Shown here: positions 46,697-55,995 of the stretch, piece by piece
Layout: every line of letters begins with the position of its first letter
Position numbering within the stretch: the first letter of the stretch is position 1
Assembly: GCA_965267575.1 (NCBI GenBank)
Contig: OZ254086.1
Location: 1,856,141-1,920,140 of the forward strand
Direction: 5' to 3'
From: Calditrichales bacterium
GTDB taxonomy: Bacteria > Calditrichota > Calditrichia > Calditrichales > J004
DNA: 64,000 nt
Notes under the pieces: model-generated
Seen by the model: the letters and a program-made list of their open reading frames with translations, nothing else
What the model was told of the DNA's origin: nothing
Databases searched by the model: none
Made by a program: the position numbers and the translations under genes

Positions 46697-48064
46697 TCAA
46701 GACTTCGAAAGCAACAGTACGATCGTATAATAGCCAATTGAAAACAACAGGCCGGGTATAAACGGCTGCATGCCCAACGCAAGCGATCCCGTAACGGTGC
46801 TATAGCTAAAACCCGCCAGACAAATCAAAAAAGCCAGAGCCATTACGATGAAGGTGTGCGGACGTTTTAGTTTTAAACGCGGATAAAGCCCGCCTACTAC
46901 CGGCAGCAACAACGCCGGCAAAAAAAGGCTACCCAGGTTAAACCACAAGTCCACCACCGAAGGCACCAGCCAGATCAGCAGCAGGGCTATGGCCGCTGTA
47001 AGACCCAAACCGGTGCGCGTAAAATAATTTAGTCTGTCCGGATTGGCTGATCGGCGCAGCAATACGGCCATATCGCGGCCCAGCGTTTGCGCGGAGAGAA
47101 AGGTAAAACTGTCCACCGTCGACATGGCAATCGCCAGCAGCGCCAAAAGCAACAATACATACCCGGCGGCCGGCAATACCTCTTTCGCCAGCAAAGGATA
47201 AATCATCAGCGGGTCGCTCTGCGGAAGAAAGACGACAGCATAAAGACCCGTCCACAGCGTCAGCATATCAAATAAAAACCAGAACAATACGGAAAGCATA
47301 ACACCACGGCGTGCCGTTCTGCCGTCACGGGCGGCGGCGCAGCGTTGGTGAAATCCGGGATCGATAAAGGTCCAGGAGGCAATGAAAAACCAAACGATGA
47401 TCTCCTGTGCAGATAAATTTCCGGCCGGGTCACGAAAAGAATCCGGCAGGCGGCCAAACATCTCCAGCGGCGAACCATAGGTATTAACCAAAGCGGCCAG
47501 CAGCGCCACAAACCCGGCGAACATCAGCGCAAATTGCAGCCTATCCGTCAGCACCACCGAGCGGAAGCCGCCCCAAAAAAGATAGATGGTGGAAAAGAGC
47601 GTGGCGATTATTAACGCCGGCCAAAGCGACCAGCCGAAGATGTGGGCCAGCAGCGTCCCGGTTATCAGCAGGTAAGGCGCGGGTGTGGTAATAACGGCTA
47701 CAAAAAATCCGCCCAGGATACCTGCCTTGCGCCCATAGCTTTTAAACAGCAGGTCGGGAATGGTCATGTACCCGGCTTCCCGGATTTTAGGCGCCGCCAG
47801 CCAGGCGAACAGCAGTGCGAACACATAATAGGGCACGCCAAAAACCAGCCAGGCGGCGATACCCGTCGCGTAAATAAACTCCCCCACCCCGAGGATGCCG
47901 CCGTACCAGGTACTCACCAGGGTGGCGACCATTGCCGGCAGCGTCATCTGCCTGCTGCTAAGCAAAAATTCGTTCTCATCCGCGCCTTTCCGCCGGCCCC
48001 GGAAACCCAGAAAAAGCAGAAATGCAAAATAGGCCGCAACGGCGACGCCCAGCCAGATGGTCAT
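46697..48064 (-). CDS. SSS-family transporter, candidate thiamine/precursor importer (ThiV-like by context)
   Basis: 455 aa SSS-type polytopic protein. Its start overlaps the stop of the thiamine pyrophosphokinase gene (ATGA). Confidence 0.7.
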   Translation of the reverse strand: MTIWLGVAVAAYFAFLLFLGFRGRRKGADENEFLLSSRQMTLPAMVATLVSTWYGGILGVGEFIYATGIAAWLVFGVPYYVFALLFAWLAAPKIREAGYMTIPDLLFKSYGRKAGILGGFFVAVITTPAPYLLITGTLLAHIFGWSLWPALIIATLFSTIYLFWGGFRSVVLTDRLQFALMFAGFVALLAALVNTYGSPLEMFGRLPDSFRDPAGNLSAQEIIVWFFIASWTFIDPGFHQRCAAARDGRTARRGVMLSVLFWFLFDMLTLWTGLYAVVFLPQSDPLMIYPLLAKEVLPAAGYVLLLLALLAIAMSTVDSFTFLSAQTLGRDMAVLLRRSANPDRLNYFTRTGLGLTAAIALLLIWLVPSVVDLWFNLGSLFLPALLLPVVGGLYPRLKLKRPHTFIVMALAFLICLAGFSYSTVTGSLALGMQPFIPGLLFSIGYYTIVLLLSKS

Positions 48065-48699
48065 GCCCAGTCACCGTCCAGCAGGTAAAAAAAGAGGCTG
48101 CCTTCTCCGATTTTTATTATGGCTTCATCCTCCTCAATCACATTGGAAACACCCACAAACATTGGGTCAAGCTTTTCTTCTTCCAGCGGCCAGGCAAACC
48201 CGGACATCCGCAGATCACGCACGGGCAGCGGCGCAAAGATTGATACGGTCCTGCCGCGCAAGCCTTTTAAGATATGCTTTCCGGGACCAAGCCGGCGCAT
48301 GGATCCGCTGTCATCATGCATAAAAAGTGCGCCGGAAAATTCAAAGCTATAGAGAAAAAACAGGTTGCCCAGCGTATGGTCCGTGCGCTTGCCAAAAGCG
48401 TTGATCACATCAATTCGCCGCGGCGCTTTTTCGCGGGCCAGGGCCAGGGCTTTTTCCATATCCGTCGAATACTGGTCCGGATTATGGATCGTTTTTTCCT
48501 TTGGAAAGGGCGGGTCCAGCGAACGCACCGAATCCAGGTCGCCAATCAGGACATCCGGGTCAATGCCGTAATCGCGGCAGCAGACAACGCCGCCATCCGC
48601 GGCAATGATAAAACCGGCTTCCTTCGCCAGGGAAACGGCTTTTGCTTTGCCAACCGGCTCTCCGTTGGCTACAATCAGCAGACGATTGATTTTCTCCAT
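48061..48699 (-). CDS. Thiamine pyrophosphokinase
   Basis: The pattern ...IAADGG...P D.LIGDLDS... and the 212 aa length fit the TPK family. Confidence 0.8.
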   Translation of the reverse strand: MEKINRLLIVANGEPVGKAKAVSLAKEAGFIIAADGGVVCCRDYGIDPDVLIGDLDSVRSLDPPFPKEKTIHNPDQYSTDMEKALALAREKAPRRIDVINAFGKRTDHTLGNLFFLYSFEFSGALFMHDDSGSMRRLGPGKHILKGLRGRTVSIFAPLPVRDLRMSGFAWPLEEEKLDPMFVGVSNVIEEDEAIIKIGEGSLFFYLLDGDWA

Positions 48700-48700
48700 C

Positions 48701-51154
48701 CTACAGCTCGTATTTTAATGCCATAAAGTAGTGGCGCGTGGCCGCGGGGAAAAATTCGTTGCCGATTCCATAGCTCAGGTATTTACTGTTCAGCAGGTTG
48801 CTGACGCGGCCTTGCAGCGATACGCCATCCAGGCCCAGCGCATTCAGGCCATAGTTCACGGAAAGGTCCAGCACCGTATAAGGGTCCACGCTGAATTTCT
48901 CGTTTTCGAAATTATCCGTGTACTGTTTGCCGACGTATTTGGCACCCAATGACGCGTAGAGCTCACGCCAGGTGTAGGTGAGGCGCAGGTTAGCCAGCGT
49001 GTTGGGAAAACCGGTGATCGTGTTGCCGTCCAGTTCGATTTCATTGCCGTCGTCATCAAATACACTGTAGTCCGTCAGTTCGTTTTGGCTGAATGTGGCA
49101 TTGCCGTAAATCGAAAGCCGCGGCGTAAGCGTTACATTTCCGCTTAGCTCGACGCCATAGTGGCGTGTGCGGTCGGCATTACCCGTACGCGGCTGCCCGA
49201 AGCGGTCCAGGTCGCCTTTAGGGACGATCTCATTACGGAAATCCATCAGGTAGAGATTGCCGGTCATGCTGAAACGCGATGTACGGTAGGAGTAGCCGAA
49301 CTCGATACCGGTAAGGGTTTCCGGCTCCACCAGCGGCTTGTCGAAGTTGTAGCTGCCGTCGGGATTCAACTCAAACTGTGGTGTAACGGCGCCCCAACTT
49401 TCCGGGGTGCTGGCTTCGGCGGCGTCATACAGGTTTTTAAGGCGCGGTTCGCGCGTGGTGCTGTAGATGCTGAAATAGGCATTGTCTGTTGGCGAAAGGT
49501 TATAATTAACGCCAATGCGTGGATTGATAAAATGGTAGGGCACCGTAAAATCCGTCCCTATAAATTTTTCATCAAACAGGTGATACTGCTTAAAAGCGTA
49601 CTGCAGGTCGGCCTGGACAATGAAATCCTTTTGCCACTTATAATTTTGGTGGTAGTAAACAGAAGCTACATCCTTACCGCCCTTGTATTCATAATAGCGC
49701 CGCGCGCCATCGCCGACCAGCTCATCGGGCAGGCCGGAACCTTTTTGCAACCGGCCCCAGTGCAGTGAGCGGTGGTAGCGCAATTCCGCGCCGACGATAA
49801 TATCGCCGTCCGGGTTTTTGATGGTAAGCTGCGGCAGCCAGCCCACCTGATCGTTGTCCACATAAGCGCGGATCAGGGCATTCTCCGGCACGCTGAGATC
49901 GTCGTAACCAAAGCTGCTGTCGATTCGGAAATAGGCAGGCGTACCCCAAAAGCCGTCGTAATCAAAAAAGCCGTAGCCTTTAATGTAGAAGAAATTATTC
50001 TGCAGGATCAGATTATCGGACAGTTGCCATTCGTGCAGCAGTTCCAGGTGCGGTTGGTTAAAGTTTTCGATTTCATCATCGCGGCGTTCACTGAAAAAAG
50101 TGACCTTATTTGTGTCATCATCTGTGCTGAAAAAGCTCCAGTTTACGCGGCGCAAATCCGCATCATCATTATAAAATTTTGGGATACCATTGTAGACAAG
50201 ACCGTCCTCAATGGGCCCGCCGTAGAAGTGCAGACGCAGGCTGCTGTCATCGGTGTAGCGCGCCGCTCCCAGGAAGTAGCTCCAGAAATCGACCCAGGCG
50301 CGGTTGCGGTAGCCGTCGCTGGTAATGTTGGAGGCGCGCCCGTAAAGCACAAATTCATCGCCAAGCAAACCGCTGTTCAACTCCAGCGAATATTTACGCG
50401 TGTTGAATGAACCGGCGCCAATATAGGCGCTCACCAGCGGCTCCGGTGAGAAATGGTCGGTCTGTATATTGATGGAGCCACCGATGGCTGCCGGGCCGTA
50501 AAAGGCGTTGCCCGCGCCTCGCTGCACCTGGATGCTCTGCACGTTGGCCATCAGGTCGGGAAAGTCCAGCCAGTAAATGTTGTGGTCTTCAGGGTCGTTC
50601 TGCGGGATTCCGTTAATCAAAACGGAAATACGGCGCTGTCCGAAACCGCGGATGCTGAGATAGTTGTAGCCGATACCGCTGCCGCCTTCCGAATAAAACG
50701 TGGTGGATGGCATTTCCGCCAGCAGTTCGGGAAAATCCTGTGTGCTGTAGCGCGGCTCCACATCGGCCTTTTCAATATCGGAAAAGGTAGCTGCCGACTT
50801 ACGCGCATCGGCCCGTGTCACAACGGTTGAGATGATAGGTCCTGTGTGTATGGCCTGCTTTAAAGCCACATTTACCAATGTATCGGCGCTGAGTTTGTAA
50901 GTCTTTTTTAATTGTGAATAACCCACATGGCTGTAGGTGATATCGTAGGTGCCCTGCGGGATGCCTTCGATGCGGAAGCCGCCGTTTTCATTGGTGGTGG
51001 CCCCCAGCACGCTGCCCTTTACGGTAACGTTTACGCCTTCAAGCGCCTGGCCGCGTCCGGCTGCCGTGACCCGGCCCTCCAGCGAAACCGTTTGCTGCGC
51101 CTGCAGGACGGATGCAATCAATAAAATAAATAAAACAAAAATAGCCCTTGGCAT
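48701..51154 (-). CDS. TonB-dependent receptor with an N-terminal carboxypeptidase-regulatory-like domain
   Basis: Signal peptide, a CarbopepD_reg pattern (GRV...G..L.GVNV), a plug, and a C-terminal barrel ending ...ALKYEL. Confidence 0.85.
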   Translation of the reverse strand: MPRAIFVLFILLIASVLQAQQTVSLEGRVTAAGRGQALEGVNVTVKGSVLGATTNENGGFRIEGIPQGTYDITYSHVGYSQLKKTYKLSADTLVNVALKQAIHTGPIISTVVTRADARKSAATFSDIEKADVEPRYSTQDFPELLAEMPSTTFYSEGGSGIGYNYLSIRGFGQRRISVLINGIPQNDPEDHNIYWLDFPDLMANVQSIQVQRGAGNAFYGPAAIGGSINIQTDHFSPEPLVSAYIGAGSFNTRKYSLELNSGLLGDEFVLYGRASNITSDGYRNRAWVDFWSYFLGAARYTDDSSLRLHFYGGPIEDGLVYNGIPKFYNDDADLRRVNWSFFSTDDDTNKVTFFSERRDDEIENFNQPHLELLHEWQLSDNLILQNNFFYIKGYGFFDYDGFWGTPAYFRIDSSFGYDDLSVPENALIRAYVDNDQVGWLPQLTIKNPDGDIIVGAELRYHRSLHWGRLQKGSGLPDELVGDGARRYYEYKGGKDVASVYYHQNYKWQKDFIVQADLQYAFKQYHLFDEKFIGTDFTVPYHFINPRIGVNYNLSPTDNAYFSIYSTTREPRLKNLYDAAEASTPESWGAVTPQFELNPDGSYNFDKPLVEPETLTGIEFGYSYRTSRFSMTGNLYLMDFRNEIVPKGDLDRFGQPRTGNADRTRHYGVELSGNVTLTPRLSIYGNATFSQNELTDYSVFDDDGNEIELDGNTITGFPNTLANLRLTYTWRELYASLGAKYVGKQYTDNFENEKFSVDPYTVLDLSVNYGLNALGLDGVSLQGRVSNLLNSKYLSYGIGNEFFPAATRHYFMALKYEL

Positions 51155-51218
51155 TAAATCCTCCTTAAAACAAAAAGGCCATTACCCGGATTGGATAACG
51201 GCCTAAGTGTTTTTTTAA

Positions 51219-51292
51219 CTTCCTACGCCGGTACCAACCGGATCAGGTTCGAGGGTATGATCTCAGTCCCGCATACTTCGGGACACCCCTGT
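51219..51292 (-). promoter_or_regulatory. TPP (THI-box) riboswitch
   Basis: The minus strand reads AGGGGTGTCCCGAAGTATGCGGGACTGAGATCATACCCTCGAACCTGATCCGGTTGGTACCGGCGTAGGAAG. It contains the conserved GGGGTG..CTGAGA..ACCC..GAACCTGATC.GG.T.ATACC.GCGTAGGAA blocks. Confidence 0.9.
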
Positions 51293-51324
51293 TAATGGCT
51301 GATCAGTATTCAGTATGTATTTGT

Positions 51325-51765
51325 TTATTTTTCCAACGCGTCTTTAACGGCCTTTAATTCCGTCAGACGCTCTTCTATCTGCTTCTCCAGTTTTTCAATT
51401 TCAGCACGGACATCTTCAGTGTCTGCTTCTTCTTTGTGTTGCTTTTCACCGATGGAATGGGTTTCAATCTGATGCTGAAGAAGCTCGGCCTGGTTGCTGA
51501 GGTTTTTGATCTCATCCAGCAGCATGGAAAGCGTTTCGTGCTTTTTCAGGCCGTCCACGTTGTTTTCCAGCAAATAGGGATATACCGTTTTGCCTAGCAG
51601 AGCCAGCTTTTTGTCGCGTGCCGCTTTAAGCTGATGCATTTCATATTTCATCTTTGCCAGTTTGCTGACATCGGTGGCGATGTCCCTTATATTGCCGGCG
51701 TTAGTGCGGACAGTGTCGTAACTGCCTTCTACGGTTTTCTTTAAACGATCTATAAAATCCGACAT
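51325..51765 (-). CDS. Hypothetical coiled-coil protein
   Basis: 146 aa, heptad-rich and charged. No family recognised. Confidence 0.5.
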   Translation of the reverse strand: MSDFIDRLKKTVEGSYDTVRTNAGNIRDIATDVSKLAKMKYEMHQLKAARDKKLALLGKTVYPYLLENNVDGLKKHETLSMLLDEIKNLSNQAELLQHQIETHSIGEKQHKEEADTEDVRAEIEKLEKQIEERLTELKAVKDALEK

Positions 51766-51903
51766 GACTTTTTACCCGCGGATGTTTGATCCGCTTGTTT
51801 TTGCATAGTACCTGTTATTGCTTATATTTTCTGAAGTTATAACACTCCTGTTATTAAAAGCAAACAAAATAACATCTTATGGTGGCGTTCTCAGAGGGGG
51901 GAT

Positions 51904-53628
51904 ATGCTTGCTAAAAAGACCATCCTGATCGTGGAAGACGAAGAGCCCATTCTGCAGGCCCTGCAACGCATTCTGGAGCTGAGCGGCAACTACCAGGCCC
52001 TTGTTGCCAACGATGGCCAAAAGGCCCTGTCCGTTCTTGAAAGTACCGTTCCCGATTTGATCATATCCGACATCAGCATGCCCGGCATGAGCGGACTGGA
52101 GTTTTGCCAGAAAGTGCGCGAAAACCCGGTAACAAAATCACTGCCCTTTATTTTTCTTACTGCCAAAAAAGAGAAAATGGTCGAAGGCATTCAGGCCGGC
52201 GGCGATGATTTTCTGATCAAGCCGTTTAACGTTGACGAAGTGCTTGCCAAAATTGAGGCCATTTTCCGCAGGCTGGACAACACACGCGAGCAAGCCAGCC
52301 AGCATAAAGGAAAAATTGAGGAAACCTCCGTGGATGACGTTCTGCAGGTCTGCCTGAAGGAGCGCATAAGCGGCGATTTGATTTTGCAGAAGGAAGGGCA
52401 GGTTGGCCGAATCCGCCTGGAAAACGGCGATATCGGTCATGTGGAATACGGCGATATGGATGCGGATGAAGCTCTGGATGCCTTGCGTGCATGGCGCAGT
52501 GGTACCTGGGTAATCCGGCCCAGCGATCTCAAGATCAAGATGGACCAGCAGGCTTTTAGCAGCCAGAACGATCTGAACCAGGCCCAGAAGCTTGGACAAA
52601 ACGTCTGGTGGACCGGCTATTTCAACGATGAGGCCAATGTAATCTACAACAGCTATTTGCGTAGCTTTGAAGGAAAAGACAGCCGCATCCATTTGCTGAT
52701 CGATCCGGGGTCACCCATACACTTTAACCATATTGCTGAGAAGATCAACGGGCTGATCGGCGATATCGCCAAAATCAGCCTTTATCTGTGCGGGGAGCCG
52801 GAGCCCGATGTCTGTTTGAACAGTGTGCTGCTGCGCCGCGCCAACGGCCGCGCCATCTGTATGACCAGCGGTGAAAACTGGCGTATTATCCGCCATTATG
52901 AAATTAATCCCAAGAGTCTGAAACTGCTCAACCCTTCTCAGAATCATAAAATACGCGTGGCTTCGGGGCAGCAGCTGATGTTTATCGAAACGCCTTATCT
53001 GAAAAGCGCCGGCGCCTTTATGACCTATGATATTGACGAACGCATCCTGTTCAGCGGCACCCTGTTCAGCTCCGAGCAGATGGCAGGCAGTTCGCTTTAT
53101 GCCGGAAAATATGACTGGGAGGGGATGCGTCAATTTCACCAGCGCTACGTCTCATCTTCCCGGGCTATTGAACTGGCCATTAACGTTATCTCACGGCTTA
53201 ATCCGGCGCCTCGCATTATTGCCCCGCGGATGGGCAAGCTGATCACAAGCTCCTATATCGGGTTTTTCAGCGAACGGCTGTTAAACCTGGCTGTCGGCCT
53301 GGATAAGAAAAACGCTATTACACAATTTGGCGGCAACGGTGCTGCCAGCGAGGCCGTAAACGAATTGCTGTCGCAACTGCAGGATATGATGTCCCTGGAA
53401 CAATCGTATGAACGTATTCTTGCCGACGTGAAGCTCTCCGCTTCCATGGCGTTTGAGAATTACAAGACGACTGAAATGGTGGGCGACGGAACACAGCTTT
53501 TTGCCCGTTTGGTTTCAGTTTTGTGCAAAGAGCAAAGTGAGAAAAACGCTGCCCGCATCAGATCGCTTGCTCTGAAAACGGCATTTTCCAAAGGGCTTAC
53601 CGTACCGGAGCTGGAAGCCTCCGCCTGA
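51904..53628 (+). CDS. Response regulator: REC + DUF4388 (PATAN-like) + a flavodiiron/MBL-like domain with degenerate metal ligands
   Basis: REC motifs are present (EDEE, DLIISDISMPGMSG, LIKPF). A DUF4388-like segment follows (GDLILQKEGQVGRIRLENGDI). The C-terminal region is collinear with the FprA/ODP metallo-beta-lactamase fold (IDPGS..., EPEPDV, MTYD...ILFSG). Confidence 0.7.
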   Translation: MLAKKTILIVEDEEPILQALQRILELSGNYQALVANDGQKALSVLESTVPDLIISDISMPGMSGLEFCQKVRENPVTKSLPFIFLTAKKEKMVEGIQAGGDDFLIKPFNVDEVLAKIEAIFRRLDNTREQASQHKGKIEETSVDDVLQVCLKERISGDLILQKEGQVGRIRLENGDIGHVEYGDMDADEALDALRAWRSGTWVIRPSDLKIKMDQQAFSSQNDLNQAQKLGQNVWWTGYFNDEANVIYNSYLRSFEGKDSRIHLLIDPGSPIHFNHIAEKINGLIGDIAKISLYLCGEPEPDVCLNSVLLRRANGRAICMTSGENWRIIRHYEINPKSLKLLNPSQNHKIRVASGQQLMFIETPYLKSAGAFMTYDIDERILFSGTLFSSEQMAGSSLYAGKYDWEGMRQFHQRYVSSSRAIELAINVISRLNPAPRIIAPRMGKLITSSYIGFFSERLLNLAVGLDKKNAITQFGGNGAASEAVNELLSQLQDMMSLEQSYERILADVKLSASMAFENYKTTEMVGDGTQLFARLVSVLCKEQSEKNAARIRSLALKTAFSKGLTVPELEASA

Positions 53629-53708
53629 TCCGCTTCCGCCATCCCCCGCGTGAATATTTTTAAGCTGCTTTACGTTTAGCGTAGAGCGTTAATTAAACAG
53701 AGAGAAAT

Positions 53709-54137
53709 ATGTCAGCAAATTATGTAACAATCAGCCGAAAATTTGAGTTCAGCGCCAGCCACCGTTATTGGCGGGACGACTGGAGCGAAGAGAAAAATCG
53801 TGAACATTTTGGCGAATGTATAAATCCTTACGGCCACGGGCACAATTACGAGCTGCACGTGACCGTCGCCGGGAAGGTCGATCCCAAAACGGGTATGATC
53901 GTCAACCTCACCGTGCTGAAAGAGCGCGTCAAGAAAGTCCTGGAAGAGTTCGATCACAAATTTCTGAACCTGGATACGCCGTATTTTAAAGAGCGCATCC
54001 CCACCACGGAAAATGTAGCGCTGGTGTTGTTTGAGCTGATCGAAAGCGAGCTGTCCAGCCAGGCCGATTACTTTCTGAAAAAACTGCGCCTGTATGAGCG
54101 CCACGACCTGTACGCCGACGTCTGGAAGGAAGAATAA
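53709..54137 (+). CDS. 6-pyruvoyl-tetrahydropterin / 6-carboxy-tetrahydropterin synthase family protein (paralog 1)
   Basis: FSASHRY...ECINPYGHGHNY...TTENV. Confidence 0.85.
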   Translation: MSANYVTISRKFEFSASHRYWRDDWSEEKNREHFGECINPYGHGHNYELHVTVAGKVDPKTGMIVNLTVLKERVKKVLEEFDHKFLNLDTPYFKERIPTTENVALVLFELIESELSSQADYFLKKLRLYERHDLYADVWKEE

Positions 54138-54550
54138 TGCCACGTGTAAGTTTAAGCCGTGTTTATATGTTCAGTGCGGCCCACCGTCTGCACTCGCCGC
54201 ATTTATCCTCGGAAAAAAATTGGGATATTTATGACAAATGCAACAATCCCAACGGACACGGTCATAACTATACCGTTGAAGTGACAGTAAGCGGGAAGCC
54301 GGATGTGCAAACGGGCATGATCATGCCGCTGCCACGCCTGGACGCCTGTGTTAAAAACGTCCTGAAGGAGCTTGACTTCCGCCATCTCGATAAAGAGGTG
54401 CCTTATTTCAAAGAGACAATCTCTACGGCGGAAAACATAATTGATTACCTTTGGAAGAGGCTGGAAGGGGAATTGGGCGAGCGCCTGATGCACCTGAAGC
54501 TTTGGGAAACAAACAATAATTTTTTTGAGACAGGAAGAATTGACAAATGA
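54137..54550 (+). CDS. 6-pyruvoyl-tetrahydropterin synthase (paralog 2, animal-type-like)
   Basis: [13 protein letters not shown]...[12 protein letters not shown]...STAENI...WETNNN. The start overlaps the upstream stop (TAATG). Confidence 0.85.
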   Translation: MPRVSLSRVYMFSAAHRLHSPHLSSEKNWDIYDKCNNPNGHGHNYTVEVTVSGKPDVQTGMIMPLPRLDACVKNVLKELDFRHLDKEVPYFKETISTAENIIDYLWKRLEGELGERLMHLKLWETNNNFFETGRIDK

Positions 54551-55125
54551 ACCGTGATGCCAATATGGAAGACGCCGTAAAGACCATTCTCAACTCGATT
54601 GGTGAAGATCCGGAACGCCAGGGATTGCTGCGTACACCGGAACGCGTGGCAAAGATGTACCGCGAGGTAACGGTTGGCTACAAAATGGATCCGCAAAAGC
54701 TGCTGAACGGCGCGATTTTTGATGTGGAGTATGACGAGATGGTCGTAGTGGCCAATATCGAATTTTACAGTTTGTGCGAACATCACATGCTGCCCTTCTA
54801 CGGTGTTGCGCACGTGGGTTATCTGCCGCGCGGCAAAGTGGTGGGATTGAGCAAGATCCCGCGCATTGTGGATATGTTTGCCCGGCGCCTGCAGGTGCAG
54901 GAGCAAATGACGCGGGAGATCGCTGAAACGATAAATGACACGTTACGGCCAAGTGGTGTCGGCGTCATCATCGAAGGACGCCATATGTGCATGATGATGC
55001 GCGGCGTGCAAAAAGACCAGGCCAAAATGATCACATCGACGCTGCTGGGCGATTTTAAAGATGATGAAAAAACAAGGGATGAATTCCTGAAACTGATAAG
55101 GAGTCAACGTGTTAACGGTCTCTAA
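54547..55125 (+). CDS. folE: GTP cyclohydrolase I
   Basis: [27 protein letters not shown] motifs. Confidence 0.9.
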   Translation: MNRDANMEDAVKTILNSIGEDPERQGLLRTPERVAKMYREVTVGYKMDPQKLLNGAIFDVEYDEMVVVANIEFYSLCEHHMLPFYGVAHVGYLPRGKVVGLSKIPRIVDMFARRLQVQEQMTREIAETINDTLRPSGVGVIIEGRHMCMMMRGVQKDQAKMITSTLLGDFKDDEKTRDEFLKLIRSQRVNGL

Positions 55126-55819
55126 ATTCGCGCTGGTTACCGGCGCCAGCCGCGGCATCGGTGCAGCCATTGCCCGTGCCATTTCCGAACAGGGGATCGG
55201 CGTTGTATTGTTGTCCCGCAATGAGCAGGCCTTATCCGAGATTGCCGGTTACTTGCAGGCGGAAGGCGGTTTGGCCTGGCCCCTGGCAGCCGATGTAAGC
55301 CTGGCGGGCGATCTGGAAAAGGTAGTAGATTTCATGAAAAAACTGGGCGGAGACCTGCGTCTGCTGGTGCATTGTGCGGGTATCGCCAAGGTCGGCAGGA
55401 TAGCGGAAATGTCGCCGGCGGACTGGCGCAGGGTTGTGGATGTAAACCTGACCGCTCCGTTTATGCTGACGCAGAAAATGCTGCCGCTTATGCGCAAAGG
55501 TTCCCAGATTGTATTTGTTAACTCAGTAGCCGGTAAAAACAGCTTCCCGGAGTGGGGCGCCTACGCAGCTTCCAAGCATGGTTTGCGCGCCCTGGCCGAT
55601 ACATTGCGTGAAGAGCTGCGCGAAAACGGCATTAAAGTCTCCAGCCTGTTCCCGACATCTGTGGATACCATGCTGCATCACGATCTGCCGCACGACTGGG
55701 ACCGAAGCAAAATGCTCAAGCCTAAGGAGATCGCCAAAGCAGTTGTACAGCTAATGAACCTGCCTTCTGATGTTATGATCAACGAAATGGATATTGAAAA
55801 CCTGGCCGGCCGCTTTTAG
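55109..55819 (+). CDS. SDR-family oxidoreductase (sepiapterin-reductase-like by context)
   Basis: [20 protein letters not shown] motifs. It overlaps the folE 3' end. Confidence 0.8.
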   Translation: MLTVSKFALVTGASRGIGAAIARAISEQGIGVVLLSRNEQALSEIAGYLQAEGGLAWPLAADVSLAGDLEKVVDFMKKLGGDLRLLVHCAGIAKVGRIAEMSPADWRRVVDVNLTAPFMLTQKMLPLMRKGSQIVFVNSVAGKNSFPEWGAYAASKHGLRALADTLREELRENGIKVSSLFPTSVDTMLHHDLPHDWDRSKMLKPKEIAKAVVQLMNLPSDVMINEMDIENLAGRF

Positions 55820-55839
55820 CTGTTTTACTGCCTAATGTC

Positions 55840-55859
55840 ATTCCTGCGAAGGCAGGAAT
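55840..55859. repeat. REP-like hairpin ATTCCTGC-gaag-GCAGGAAT
   Basis: Perfect 8-bp stem in the gtcattcc...ggaatc context. A related unit is at 20273-20305. Confidence 0.7.
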
Positions 55860-55995
55860 CCACAAAGACCAGAACGAATGTGTTTGCCTCGGGGCGGCCG
55901 AAAAAGTAGTAGTACACACAAACGTTTCAACAAACTACTTTGCCTTTATTGACACCAACAGGGCAGGGTACTGGTGTTTGCTGTTCGTTTTCCCC

